Shown here piece by piece: positions 30,387 to 39,562 of a stretch of DNA of 64,000 nt (positions within the stretch are counted from its first letter, which is position 1; every line of letters begins with the position of its first letter). Source of the DNA: a virus. A program made the position numbers and the translations under genes. The notes under the pieces are model-generated. The model was not told the DNA's origin and made no database searches. It saw only the letters and a program-made list of their open reading frames with translations. The stretch is from IMG/VR virus record IMGVR_UViG_3300020187_000009, positions 84,785-148,784 of that record; one strand, given 5' to 3'.

Positions 30387-30486
30387 TTGTTAATAACTTT
30401 TTTGAAAATAAGTGCACAAAAGTTTTTTTATGTCAATAAAAATGATTATATTTATACTATAATTAAATAACTAAATAACATACACC

Positions 30487-30933
30487 ATGAAGAACAAAAA
30501 CATTATCAACAGGACAGGAATCCAATCAGTAGACATCATTAATAACCTCCACTATCCTACCGGAGCAGGTAAATTCAGATTTATAACTAAATGTCAAGCG
30601 GGTTATATGACCTGTAACGACGCAAGAGACTTCGATGATCAAAGATTATACGAAAACCCAGCAGGAGTATTAAGTAGCTATAAGAAAGGAGCCCTACATA
30701 CAGTAGAATATAAGCCAGTTGGATCCGATACATACTTCACAGTATTCGCGAAAAGGGGAAATAAGATCCTTATAATGGACGAAGCAATCATGATGGGATT
30801 AGATATAGGAACAGTTAACCAATTATGGTTCAACACAAACCTATATAACCAAGACCAATATAGAGCAGTTAATAGCAAGACTTGGGCTGACAAAGTATTC
30901 GTTATGAACCAACCCCAAATGGAATTAGCATAA
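30487..30933 (+). CDS. Hypothetical early protein
   Basis: Full cassette at ~30385-30465. Confidence 0.75.
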   Translation: MKNKNIINRTGIQSVDIINNLHYPTGAGKFRFITKCQAGYMTCNDARDFDDQRLYENPAGVLSSYKKGALHTVEYKPVGSDTYFTVFAKRGNKILIMDEAIMMGLDIGTVNQLWFNTNLYNQDQYRAVNSKTWADKVFVMNQPQMELA

Positions 30934-31535
30934 TGATCCCATTTAAAGATATAGATACTAAACTACTTGACGGGTTGGAACGGGTTAACTACTCAGACCT
31001 TCCCCAGTTAAAGATCTGTCCCCATATATTAGATTATGTTACACAAGATATAGCGTACCACCTAGAGAGTGGCAGACCCCATAACTACATTCGAGAAAGA
31101 ATTAACAAACATATACTATGGGATCTAAGCAACAAGAGGTGGACCCCAAATGGCGTAATAAATCAGAAATTTCTAGGACAGAGCATATGGACCAGGGAGG
31201 CACTACTTCAATATCTACATAATAAGACCCAAAAGGGTAGTAACAACGAGAAGGGTATCCAGCTAGAACATACTAACGAACGCATATGGTACACTAACCA
31301 ACTACAGGCTCTAGACACTAGTAGTCCAAACCTACTAGGCACTATAAAGACACTGCTCCAAACAACACTCTGCGTAGTAGTAACTCCCGAGTTCCATAGA
31401 TTACTACCTAGTGGAACTACTGATCCACTAGATCCCTGGTTAAGATACAGACCCCAAGCTCCCCAGCTACTCTGGATCGATTGGCACAAGGAGCGTCAAT
31501 GGAGCATACGGAACATCAGATCTATAGTTATATAG
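30933..31535 (+). CDS. Hypothetical protein, possible HNH-like fold
   Basis: LEH...CVVVTPEFH...DPWLRY; TAATG coupling. Confidence 0.55.
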   Translation: MIPFKDIDTKLLDGLERVNYSDLPQLKICPHILDYVTQDIAYHLESGRPHNYIRERINKHILWDLSNKRWTPNGVINQKFLGQSIWTREALLQYLHNKTQKGSNNEKGIQLEHTNERIWYTNQLQALDTSSPNLLGTIKTLLQTTLCVVVTPEFHRLLPSGTTDPLDPWLRYRPQAPQLLWIDWHKERQWSIRNIRSIVI

Positions 31536-31655
31536 CACACCGATCCCCGAGCACCCCCAGTAATTGATGACCCCCAATCCCTCTACCCCTTGGAGTACCC
31601 GCCACCCCATTTTCTAACCCATGAAACAAAAGGGGAAACCTTACATATAACAGAG

Positions 31656-31840
31656 TATAAGGGTCTGAGGGAGATAAGGTACCCAAAGGGGTAGAAGGCC
31701 CCCTAGCACCCCACTCCACAGACCCACAGGGCCAATCCTCCCCTCATGGGGACACTACAACAAAGGGGGATCACACCCAACCCATGGACTCCACTCCATC
31801 CTGGCCTATAGGGATTGGCCCTGTGGGCAAGGTCGACCCA
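31656..31840 (+). ncRNA. Candidate structured ncRNA
   Basis: GAAAC-N18-TATAA at 31623-31650; perfect 16-bp inverted repeat 31723-31738/31812-31827; GC-rich, no plus-strand ORF. Confidence 0.4.
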
Positions 31841-32708
31841 GTATAATATTTGCGATTAACTTTAAGTCATAGACATAACATTAATAATAGCTATGGTCAG
31901 CAAAAAGTGTTAAAGATGTGCGCATACTATTCACGGTCCGGGACAGCACTCCAGGCCTTTGAAGAGACAGAGTACTCAGTATCCTATATAGTACCCTACG
32001 GGACGAAACAATGTTGCCCCTATCCAAAAATATTCCCGGAACCGGATAGAGGTATCTGGAGCCTTAAAGAGGAATGGACATGTATACTCTAATTACCTCA
32101 CAGAAATAAGAGTACATAGAGTACCATTACCTCGATGTGTGAGTGTTAACCTCGAAGAGGTACACTCTATTCAACAGGTCTAGTTGGTTGGTACAACCCA
32201 CAAGGGTACATTGGAGTACTCCCATTTGGGTAGGTGGTCGACCCCTAGTGGGGAATTCCCCAATTTGGGAGGGTGAGTGTGCGCGAATGCATGCTCTATT
32301 AAAGGGAGTTTTATTTCTTATAGAGACTACAACAACTCATAGAGGATTTAAAATGGAATTCTTAGAGTTCTGGAGAGTGTTAAACGGATTATAACTACAC
32401 ATTGATTCTAATTAATCTATTAAAAGAGAGTTAGAGAATTGTGACTGGTTAGTAACCCCATTGACCTAACTGCCTCGGAAGGGACTCAAAGAATCATGGT
32501 ACTCCCCAATAGAAAATGCTGGTACCCTCCAACCTTCAGGGTACTAATAATACTGCGGGTTACCCCATCCATGAACCTGAGTGTAATAAAATAAATAGGA
32601 TATATAGTGTTCGATGTTGTAGAAACAAAAATTTCCCCTAAGGTCCTCTCCAAATTCTCTGAAACAAATAGAATAAAGCTTCTATAAGATCTATAAAACA
32701 TCAAAATC

Positions 32709-32918
32709 ATGGCAACATTTAAATCAAGAAGTAAAGAGCAGACTCTAATGAACTGCATGAATCATAATCCAGCAACAAGTAGATGGCAGGATTGGGCACC
32801 AGAAGGCGGTTGTAAAAACAAGGTAATGGTTGGATCCGAAGTAGCAAAGGTTCTTTGTTCAACCTGCACTTTAAAAACTACAATTGAGCCTGGGGAATAT
32901 CGCAAAGATTTAAGATAG
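32709..32918 (+). CDS. Small Cys-rich (zinc-binding) protein
   Basis: C..., GGC, CSTC; GAAAC-N17-TATAA at 32661. Confidence 0.6.
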   Translation: MATFKSRSKEQTLMNCMNHNPATSRWQDWAPEGGCKNKVMVGSEVAKVLCSTCTLKTTIEPGEYRKDLR

Positions 32919-33016
32919 TTAGTTAAAAATTTTCCGAAATTTCCTTAGAACCCATTGAGACAATGAAACAATTCGTTCAATCTATCTATAATAATATAAT
33001 AACTAATAATAAAAAA

Positions 33017-33280
33017 ATGAGTATTCTTAACGAAGCAGATCAAATTGTAAATAACCGCAGTGAAGAGGCAGATCGTAACTATGGTCCATTCTCAGAGGGT
33101 ATGGAGCGTGCAGCAATGATTTTTAATGGCATGACTGGGCACGATGTTTCTGGTGGTGACATGTTTAAGGCGCTAGTAGCACTTAAATTCTCACGTGAGA
33201 GTTACAATCATAAACGTGATAATCTATTAGATGCTGTCGCATATATTCAAGGTTTAGAAAACTGGGAAAACGGACTATAA
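33017..33280 (+). CDS. DUF6378-like all-alpha protein (nucleotide-modification associated)
   Basis: ILNEA..IV..R....YG...LK.SR....DN..D..AY; promoter at 32965-32991 favours ATG 33017. Confidence 0.65.
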   Translation: MSILNEADQIVNNRSEEADRNYGPFSEGMERAAMIFNGMTGHDVSGGDMFKALVALKFSRESYNHKRDNLLDAVAYIQGLENWENGL

Positions 33281-33294
33281 CTTATTAGTGCATT

Positions 33295-34332
33295 ATGAAA
33301 AATATCCAAGATCTTAAAGGTAAGAAAATAGCAATTGATGATGTAGTCACAACATACAGCCAAAAAAAGGCATCACATAAGAGTGCGTGGTCTTATCTTC
33401 TACAGGCTCAATTGAAACATCATGGATTAGACGTTGATGTCTTAGATAAATCCGGAAATATACATGATTATGATGTATGGTTAATTGCGATGCCAATGGA
33501 GTTTCAAGGAACTTATAATCTATTTGGAGGAGCTGGAGACGAACCAGCTGCCAGAATTGCTAGATTCTTAGATTTCAATGGCGATATATTTTGTTTGAAT
33601 AGAGAAATGCCAGATGTTGGCGAGTTCGTGAGAAGCAGATCAAAGAGCTGTACTGAAAATTGGAAAGCTCTTGACGATTTAGCAATCAGCGAGAAATGTA
33701 AAAACCTAAAAACAATAAACCTAAAAACAGATACAGGAACTTTTGTATTAGGAGACAGTCACTCAGTATCGGTAATGCCATTAGGATCTGATATTAGTAG
33801 AAACGACGGAAAAACATTATTTGGCGCGTTAAAAGAAGGATTTAGTACATATATACCAGAAGGAACAACCCATTTGATATCCTATTTTGGCAATATCGAC
33901 GTTCGACATCATATGTGCAGGCAAGCTGATCCAGTAATGTCTATCCGCAGAATTGCAATGGACTATATAGACCATCTTAAATCTCTAGATGTTCCTAATA
34001 TAACTGTGCATAAATTATTACCTATAGAATTTGAAGGTAGAAGAATTCCTAAAACAGGATGGTATAAAAAAGCTCCATTCTTTGGAACAAGAGAAGAAAG
34101 AGCAAACCTAGTTAAAATATTTAACAGAACTATACAGGATTTAGGAGAATCTGCAGGATTTACAATATTAGGATGGCCTGATCATTGGTATTCTGAAAAC
34201 CCAGAATCTTTTGCAAAAAACTATATGGAAAAGCCTGGTTCGGTACATCTAAGTAGAGAATTCTATTATTGGGATTGGAATACTGGAAATAAAAACTCGA
34301 ACCTCATTCAAAAGACAGCCAGCCTGTTTTAG
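33295..34332 (+). CDS. Phage protein with SGNH-like domain, candidate DNA-modification enzyme
   Basis: NLFGG, GDSH, GNIDVRHH, RRIPKTGWYK, SVH; C-terminal SLF. Confidence 0.55.
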   Translation: MKNIQDLKGKKIAIDDVVTTYSQKKASHKSAWSYLLQAQLKHHGLDVDVLDKSGNIHDYDVWLIAMPMEFQGTYNLFGGAGDEPAARIARFLDFNGDIFCLNREMPDVGEFVRSRSKSCTENWKALDDLAISEKCKNLKTINLKTDTGTFVLGDSHSVSVMPLGSDISRNDGKTLFGALKEGFSTYIPEGTTHLISYFGNIDVRHHMCRQADPVMSIRRIAMDYIDHLKSLDVPNITVHKLLPIEFEGRRIPKTGWYKKAPFFGTREERANLVKIFNRTIQDLGESAGFTILGWPDHWYSENPESFAKNYMEKPGSVHLSREFYYWDWNTGNKNSNLIQKTASLF

Positions 34333-34451
34333 CCCCCACCAAACTGTATATATATCACTCAGCACACCTAAAGTGAAAATATTTTTTAATATCTTGAAAC
34401 TTTTTTAAACTGTGTTGTATAACTATTATAAACAAAAAATAAAGGTTTAAA

Positions 34452-35630
34452 ATGAAGCAAAAAATTAAAGTTGGGATCATTGGAACAGGAAATTGCGCCA
34501 AGTCCCTAGTAGAAGGAGTTCAGTACTATACTGAAAACAAAGAAGCAACCACCGGTATGATGAAATTCGATATTGGAGGTTATACTGCAGAAGATATCGA
34601 ATTCGTAGTTGGATTTGATATCGATGAGAGAAAGGTTAATCTGCCATTAGGCGAAGCACTAAAGCAAAAACCTAACTGTTCTTGGAATATTGTTGAAGAT
34701 ATTAAATCAACAGCACCTGTATTTGAAGGTCCTGTAATTGATGGATATGCACAACTAATGGACCGTTACCCAGAATCAAATAGATTTTTAATATCTGAAG
34801 AATTAAGAAATTCAACTGATATGGGTAGAGTTTCATGGACCTCTAAATTAGAGAGATCTTGGAAAGATTCAATCATTGCGAAATTAAAAGAACTTGAAGT
34901 AGAGGTATTAATAAACTACTTACCTGTAGGTTCTCAAAAAACTACTGAATTTTGGGCTGAAATCTGCCTAGAAACTGGAATTTCCTTTGTAAACTGTATT
35001 CCAGTATTTATTGCTTCTGACCCAGCATGGGAACAGAGATTTATTGATGCTGGTATTCCAATTATTGGAGATGATATGCGCTCGCAGTTTGGAGCATCGA
35101 TTCTTTCTCAAATGCTACAGGAGCTAGCTTTTGAAAGAGGACACCATGTTAAAGCACACATTCAGCGTAATGTTGGAGGTAACACAGATTTCTTAAACAT
35201 GGAAGACAAAACAAGATTAGCTTCTAAGAAGATTTCTAAAGAAAACGTAATTCGTGCTCAAAATGAAATTCGTGGAATCTCTACAGAGGATTCTTTCTTA
35301 CATGCTGGGCCATCTGAATATATTTCATTTTATGGAGATAATAAAGTAGCAAACTTTAGACTTGAAATGGAAGGATTTGGAGGAGCACCTGTATTACTTG
35401 ATGCTCAATTAAGTGTTCAAGATTCTCCAAACTCAGCAGGTGTTGTAATTGATGCTTTGCGATACGTAAAAGTAGCTCGTGAAATGGGAATAGTAGGAGC
35501 TCTTCGTGGACCATCTGCATTTACTCAAAAAACACCACCTCAACAAATGATGTTTAGGGATGCTGTTAAAGAATGCGACGCATTAGCAGTTCGTGAATTA
35601 ACCAATGTAACTAAAAAGCAACTCAAATAA
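34452..35630 (+). CDS. ino1: myo-inositol-1-phosphate synthase
   Basis: GTGNCAKSLV, NYLPVGS, GDD, NVGGNTDFLNM, SKKISK, DNKVA, DSPNSAG, QK.P. Confidence 0.92.
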   Translation: MKQKIKVGIIGTGNCAKSLVEGVQYYTENKEATTGMMKFDIGGYTAEDIEFVVGFDIDERKVNLPLGEALKQKPNCSWNIVEDIKSTAPVFEGPVIDGYAQLMDRYPESNRFLISEELRNSTDMGRVSWTSKLERSWKDSIIAKLKELEVEVLINYLPVGSQKTTEFWAEICLETGISFVNCIPVFIASDPAWEQRFIDAGIPIIGDDMRSQFGASILSQMLQELAFERGHHVKAHIQRNVGGNTDFLNMEDKTRLASKKISKENVIRAQNEIRGISTEDSFLHAGPSEYISFYGDNKVANFRLEMEGFGGAPVLLDAQLSVQDSPNSAGVVIDALRYVKVAREMGIVGALRGPSAFTQKTPPQQMMFRDAVKECDALAVRELTNVTKKQLK

Positions 35631-35649
35631 ACCTTTATTTATAGTTGTT

Positions 35650-35673
35650 AAGGGAGTCTTCGGACTCCCTTTT
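35650..35673 (+). terminator. Hairpin/terminator with UUCG loop
   Basis: AGGGAGTC-TTCG-GACTCCCT followed by T run. Confidence 0.75.
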
Positions 35674-35701
35674 ATAGATCATAATAATATAATAATAAAA
35701 A

Positions 35702-36070
35702 ATGGATATATTTGCATACGATTTTGATGGTGTAGTTTCAATCGGAATTACCCCTCGATGGAGTGATGATATCATTATTACAGGAAGATGTCAAGAAGAG
35801 GCGCCTTACGTTTTTGATAAATTATCAGAGATGGGGGTTACTACTAAAGTTTATTTTAACCAAATGACACTAGCAGAAAGAGGAGACCATACTGTCAATG
35901 CTAGAACATACTCAGGAAAACATAAAGCTAAAACTATAAGTGAATTAGCCGAACAGGGCATTAACGTTGTTAGATTTTTTGAAGACGACCCTGTACAAAA
36001 GGCGATTATTGAAGAGAATCATCCAAACCTAGACGTGGTACATGTAGTATCAAACTTAGTACAAAAATAA
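35702..36070 (+). CDS. Minimal HAD phosphatase
   Basis: YDFDGV, ITGR, HK, FFEDD. Confidence 0.8.
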   Translation: MDIFAYDFDGVVSIGITPRWSDDIIITGRCQEEAPYVFDKLSEMGVTTKVYFNQMTLAERGDHTVNARTYSGKHKAKTISELAEQGINVVRFFEDDPVQKAIIEENHPNLDVVHVVSNLVQK

Positions 36071-36077
36071 AATAAGA

Positions 36078-36746
36078 ATGCTAGACCCAAAACAAAGATC
36101 AATCTTAAAAAAGAGATATGTTAAAGAATTAAATGCACAGGAAAGTGTAGATAAAGATATGATTTCAGAATCAATTAAAAACTACATCAAGCCAGAAGTA
36201 GATTATCTAAATAAAGTATGTTTAGATCTAGGTACTAATATAGGAGCTTTTACTAAAATAGCAATAGAAGGAGGAGCAAAGAGAGTGTATGGTATCGAAT
36301 GCGACTTTAGAAACTACAACATAGCTGCTAATAATTTTGCAGCTTCGATTCATGCTAATATAATTCATGCTGCAGTATCTGGATCTACAGAAGATACTCT
36401 TAAAATATACAAATCAAACGCTAAAAGTAACCATAGCTCAACATCTATTATTAAAAGAAGAGGTACCTTTAATGAATATGACGACGTTAAAAATTACCAT
36501 ATTGACCATCTGTTAGAAGAGATTAAGCCAGATATTATTAAAATTGACATCGAAGGAGCAGAGTATGATATAATAGAAAGCGTGCTCGAATATAAACCAA
36601 GTATATTGTTTATTGAACTACATGGAAACCATGATCAAGCAAAGTCTGCAGTACAGAGGTTTACCGAAGCTTATAAAACATCAAACATAGAAGAGATCAT
36701 TATATTTCAAAAAGTTGGAGGATATGATTGTCTATTTATAGATTAA
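36078..36746 (+). CDS. FkbM-family SAM-dependent methyltransferase
   Basis: LDLGTNIG, GIE, AAVS, IKIDIEGAEY, IELH. Confidence 0.85.
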   Translation: MLDPKQRSILKKRYVKELNAQESVDKDMISESIKNYIKPEVDYLNKVCLDLGTNIGAFTKIAIEGGAKRVYGIECDFRNYNIAANNFAASIHANIIHAAVSGSTEDTLKIYKSNAKSNHSSTSIIKRRGTFNEYDDVKNYHIDHLLEEIKPDIIKIDIEGAEYDIIESVLEYKPSILFIELHGNHDQAKSAVQRFTEAYKTSNIEEIIIFQKVGGYDCLFID

Positions 36747-36760
36747 AATATTAATATAAT

Positions 36761-37813
36761 ATGGCAGATAATATGAGAGCTCTTGTTAACATGGAGGTTG
36801 TCGATCGAATAGGTTATTTTTTTAACAAAGTTAATGAGAGATCTGAATTAAATTATGGATATAGAGATTCATATGACAGTGAAGGTGATGCAGCTCTTGG
36901 AGAAACTGTAGAGTATTTTCATCCTCATATATTATATGATGATCGTATGAGATATATTATGGATAATATCGTGTTATCTGATATGTCGATGAATAATATT
37001 ATTTGCAACACGATAATATCCCACTTTTATGGAGCTAGAGGAATTCACCAGATTCTAACAAGAAACTCAGATCCAAAAACAGCTCTAGTAGATTTTGAAA
37101 GACTTTTAAAAGACAAGGAATACGAAACTGAAATCAGAAAGAATATTGATGACGCAATATCACTAGGACTTGGAGTATACGGAACAACTGAACTTAGAAC
37201 CAGCCTATATGGAGCTTCAAATACTTGGGTTTCTGAAACCAGACAAACTGAACGTAATGCAGATAAGATTAACATATTACTTTGGGTTGCTGGATTTATA
37301 CCTAGAGGAATTACTAGACGAATGGCTGGCGTTAACTCTTTATCGGAAATGTTCGATATATTAACAACAATTGAAGGAGTAGGATCCTATTATGGATATC
37401 ATTGCTCAACTTCTAATTCAGTTAACCCAAATATATCAATAAACCATGACGAAAGATTCTGTGTACCTGGACCTGGTGCTAGAATGGCGCTAGACATGAT
37501 GTTTGGAGAGGGTTGTAAAGTACCACATGGTGATAGAGTAATTTGGTTTAGAGAAAACTATAAAGATCTTATTGGAGAAATTCCACTTAACGAAAATGAA
37601 TGGAATAAGGTGGTTAATGGAGTGAAGATATTTGCTGATGATCAGAACGAGCTCAAAACATATGGATGCGAAGTTGGTCTATGTCAGTTTGGAGTTTATA
37701 CTAGACTAAGTAACAATTCTAATTTAATTAACAAACGAAAAGTTGCTAGGGTTGATGAAAACATAATGCAATATTTTTTTAACAATAACTTCTCACAGGG
37801 TAGTTTGTTCTAA
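36761..37813 (+). CDS. aGPT-Pplase1 / 5-hmdU DNA kinase helical-domain-like DNA base hypermodification protein
   Basis: F..VNER, DDR, HhH-like GVGSYYGY, DERFCVPGPGA, E..LCQF..Y; C-terminal QGSLF. Confidence 0.65.
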   Translation: MADNMRALVNMEVVDRIGYFFNKVNERSELNYGYRDSYDSEGDAALGETVEYFHPHILYDDRMRYIMDNIVLSDMSMNNIICNTIISHFYGARGIHQILTRNSDPKTALVDFERLLKDKEYETEIRKNIDDAISLGLGVYGTTELRTSLYGASNTWVSETRQTERNADKINILLWVAGFIPRGITRRMAGVNSLSEMFDILTTIEGVGSYYGYHCSTSNSVNPNISINHDERFCVPGPGARMALDMMFGEGCKVPHGDRVIWFRENYKDLIGEIPLNENEWNKVVNGVKIFADDQNELKTYGCEVGLCQFGVYTRLSNNSNLINKRKVARVDENIMQYFFNNNFSQGSLF

Positions 37814-38223
37814 TGAACTTATTTTTAGATGATTCTAAATTACCTAAGGACGTATTAAATAATATGCTCCTTAGGATTGGTAATGATGCAAACATTTATT
37901 GTAATTTAGAATGGGAAATTGTAAAGGATTTTAGGGAATTTGTAAAATTTGTAGAAAATAACGGAATTCCTAAAGTAGTTTCATTCGCACATGATCTAGT
38001 CGATGAACATTACGAAATAATGTGTGCATGTGGTTCTAGTGAAGATTTTCCAGAAACATTTAATGAAAAGACCGGATTAGATTGTGCAAAATGGCTAGTA
38101 GGACATCACATATTAAAGGGTGGAGCCTTTCCAAAAATACTAGTACACTCTATGAATCCGTATGGAAGCGAAAGAATTAAAAATTATATTAGCAAATATA
38201 CGAAACAATTTGTAAATTTATAA
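37813..38223 (+). CDS. Cyclic-phosphate processing receiver-like domain (degenerate)
   Basis: LFLDD, SFAHDL, KTGLDCAKWL, VHSMNP.G. Confidence 0.7.
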   Translation: MNLFLDDSKLPKDVLNNMLLRIGNDANIYCNLEWEIVKDFREFVKFVENNGIPKVVSFAHDLVDEHYEIMCACGSSEDFPETFNEKTGLDCAKWLVGHHILKGGAFPKILVHSMNPYGSERIKNYISKYTKQFVNL

Positions 38224-38248
38224 TACAATAATAAAGTAACACAATAAT

Positions 38249-38716
38249 ATGGCAAATATAGATAACGAATGTAAAGATCTAGAAGTACAAGACTTTTATG
38301 ATCAGTCAACGACTCATCTAGATGATATAATGACTCATCAGAAAGAGATGCAAGAAAAAACTTACGGTTTTAATTTTGAAGAGATGTCAATCAGGGACAT
38401 CATGAATTTCTGGCATGTTAACACACATGCTGTAGTAGATGAGATACACGAGATGACGGATGCACTTGGAGGTATCAAAGACGGTAGTGGAAACGCAGTA
38501 TGGAAATATTGGAAAAAAGACTTTTCTAAATTTGAGACTATGAAAATTTCTGATATGTCTGAAGGAGACAAAAAAGAATTATATATGGAATGGGTAGATA
38601 TTCTACACTTTTTTATTAATTACGCTGCATCTATTGGACTTGACGCAAAGACCGCTTATAATTACTATTTTGCTAAAGCGGAAGAGAATAAAAACCGCCA
38701 AAAAAGAGGCTACTAA
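38249..38716 (+). CDS. T4 gp56-like dCTP/dUTP pyrophosphatase
   Basis: NEC, DE..E...LG, AVWKYWK, DMS, EWVDILHF, N..RQ..GY. Confidence 0.85.
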   Translation: MANIDNECKDLEVQDFYDQSTTHLDDIMTHQKEMQEKTYGFNFEEMSIRDIMNFWHVNTHAVVDEIHEMTDALGGIKDGSGNAVWKYWKKDFSKFETMKISDMSEGDKKELYMEWVDILHFFINYAASIGLDAKTAYNYYFAKAEENKNRQKRGY

Positions 38717-39036
38717 TGCTAGCAGATAAAGATTTACGTAGAATAGACCAGGATATGGTGCGCCTTAAATATGTTCTAAATATACAAGAAGAGCTTCCAA
38801 CATATCCTGATCATTTTGATGTGCTATGGGTAATTATTAATGAAGCAATTAAGAGACCAGACCGCCAAAAAGACACGTTCGGACAGTTAGGTTTTTTTAA
38901 TTATCATTCATGCGGAAATGTCGAAAACGCAAAGCAATCAATACAGAAACTATTAGAACTAGGATGGATCGAGCCCGCAAAAACAAAAGCAGGGCACGAA
39001 TCATACCGAATATTACATAACCCCTTTATTAAATAG
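38716..39036 (+). CDS. Hypothetical protein (winged-helix-like C-terminus)
   Basis: TAATG-coupled ORF; IQKLLELGWIE. Confidence 0.6.
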   Translation: MLADKDLRRIDQDMVRLKYVLNIQEELPTYPDHFDVLWVIINEAIKRPDRQKDTFGQLGFFNYHSCGNVENAKQSIQKLLELGWIEPAKTKAGHESYRILHNPFIK

Positions 39037-39038
39037 AA

Positions 39039-39260
39039 ATGAACGAGAATTATAAACACCCAGACAAAGACCAGCTAATTAGCTCAATTCAACCAAAGAA
39101 ACTAGTAGGATACTTTGGTGGAGATATTAATGAAATTAAACAATGGTCTGAGTTAAGCTCGAAGCAAGAATTAATTAATACGATTAAAGCATTTGAGCAT
39201 GAGGGTCTAAATGAGTATGTTGGAATACTTAAAGAATCTCTTTTAACCAAAAGAGATTAA
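39039..39260 (+). CDS. Hypothetical protein
   Basis: Operon-coupled ORF. Confidence 0.6.
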   Translation: MNENYKHPDKDQLISSIQPKKLVGYFGGDINEIKQWSELSSKQELINTIKAFEHEGLNEYVGILKESLLTKRD

Positions 39261-39556
39261 TGAATCCATTTTCAAAAAAACACAATCATACACAACCGCC
39301 TGATATGAGGAATAACCCTATCTCATTTAAACAGGGTGTAGAAACAGTAAAACACACATACACGCCAACATCTGATATGAGAACTAACCCGCTTTCTAAA
39401 ACATGCGGTGGAGAAAACATTACTATTATTAGAGGAGGATATAATACCGAATATACTAATATTAAAAATATAAGTGCGTATTTAGAAGCATGTATTAAAA
39501 ACGATCCTACTATTATTGGGTATATTTACAAGGGTAGGGTATCTATGATTAATTAA
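39260..39556 (+). CDS. Hypothetical protein
   Basis: Operon-coupled ORF with a duplicated DMR.NP.S motif. Confidence 0.6.
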   Translation: MNPFSKKHNHTQPPDMRNNPISFKQGVETVKHTYTPTSDMRTNPLSKTCGGENITIIRGGYNTEYTNIKNISAYLEACIKNDPTIIGYIYKGRVSMIN

Positions 39557-39562
39557 TAAGAA

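Noticed and set aside
34349-34356. Minus-strand GATATATA as an antisense late promoter
   Set aside because: A single AT-rich match with no other support.
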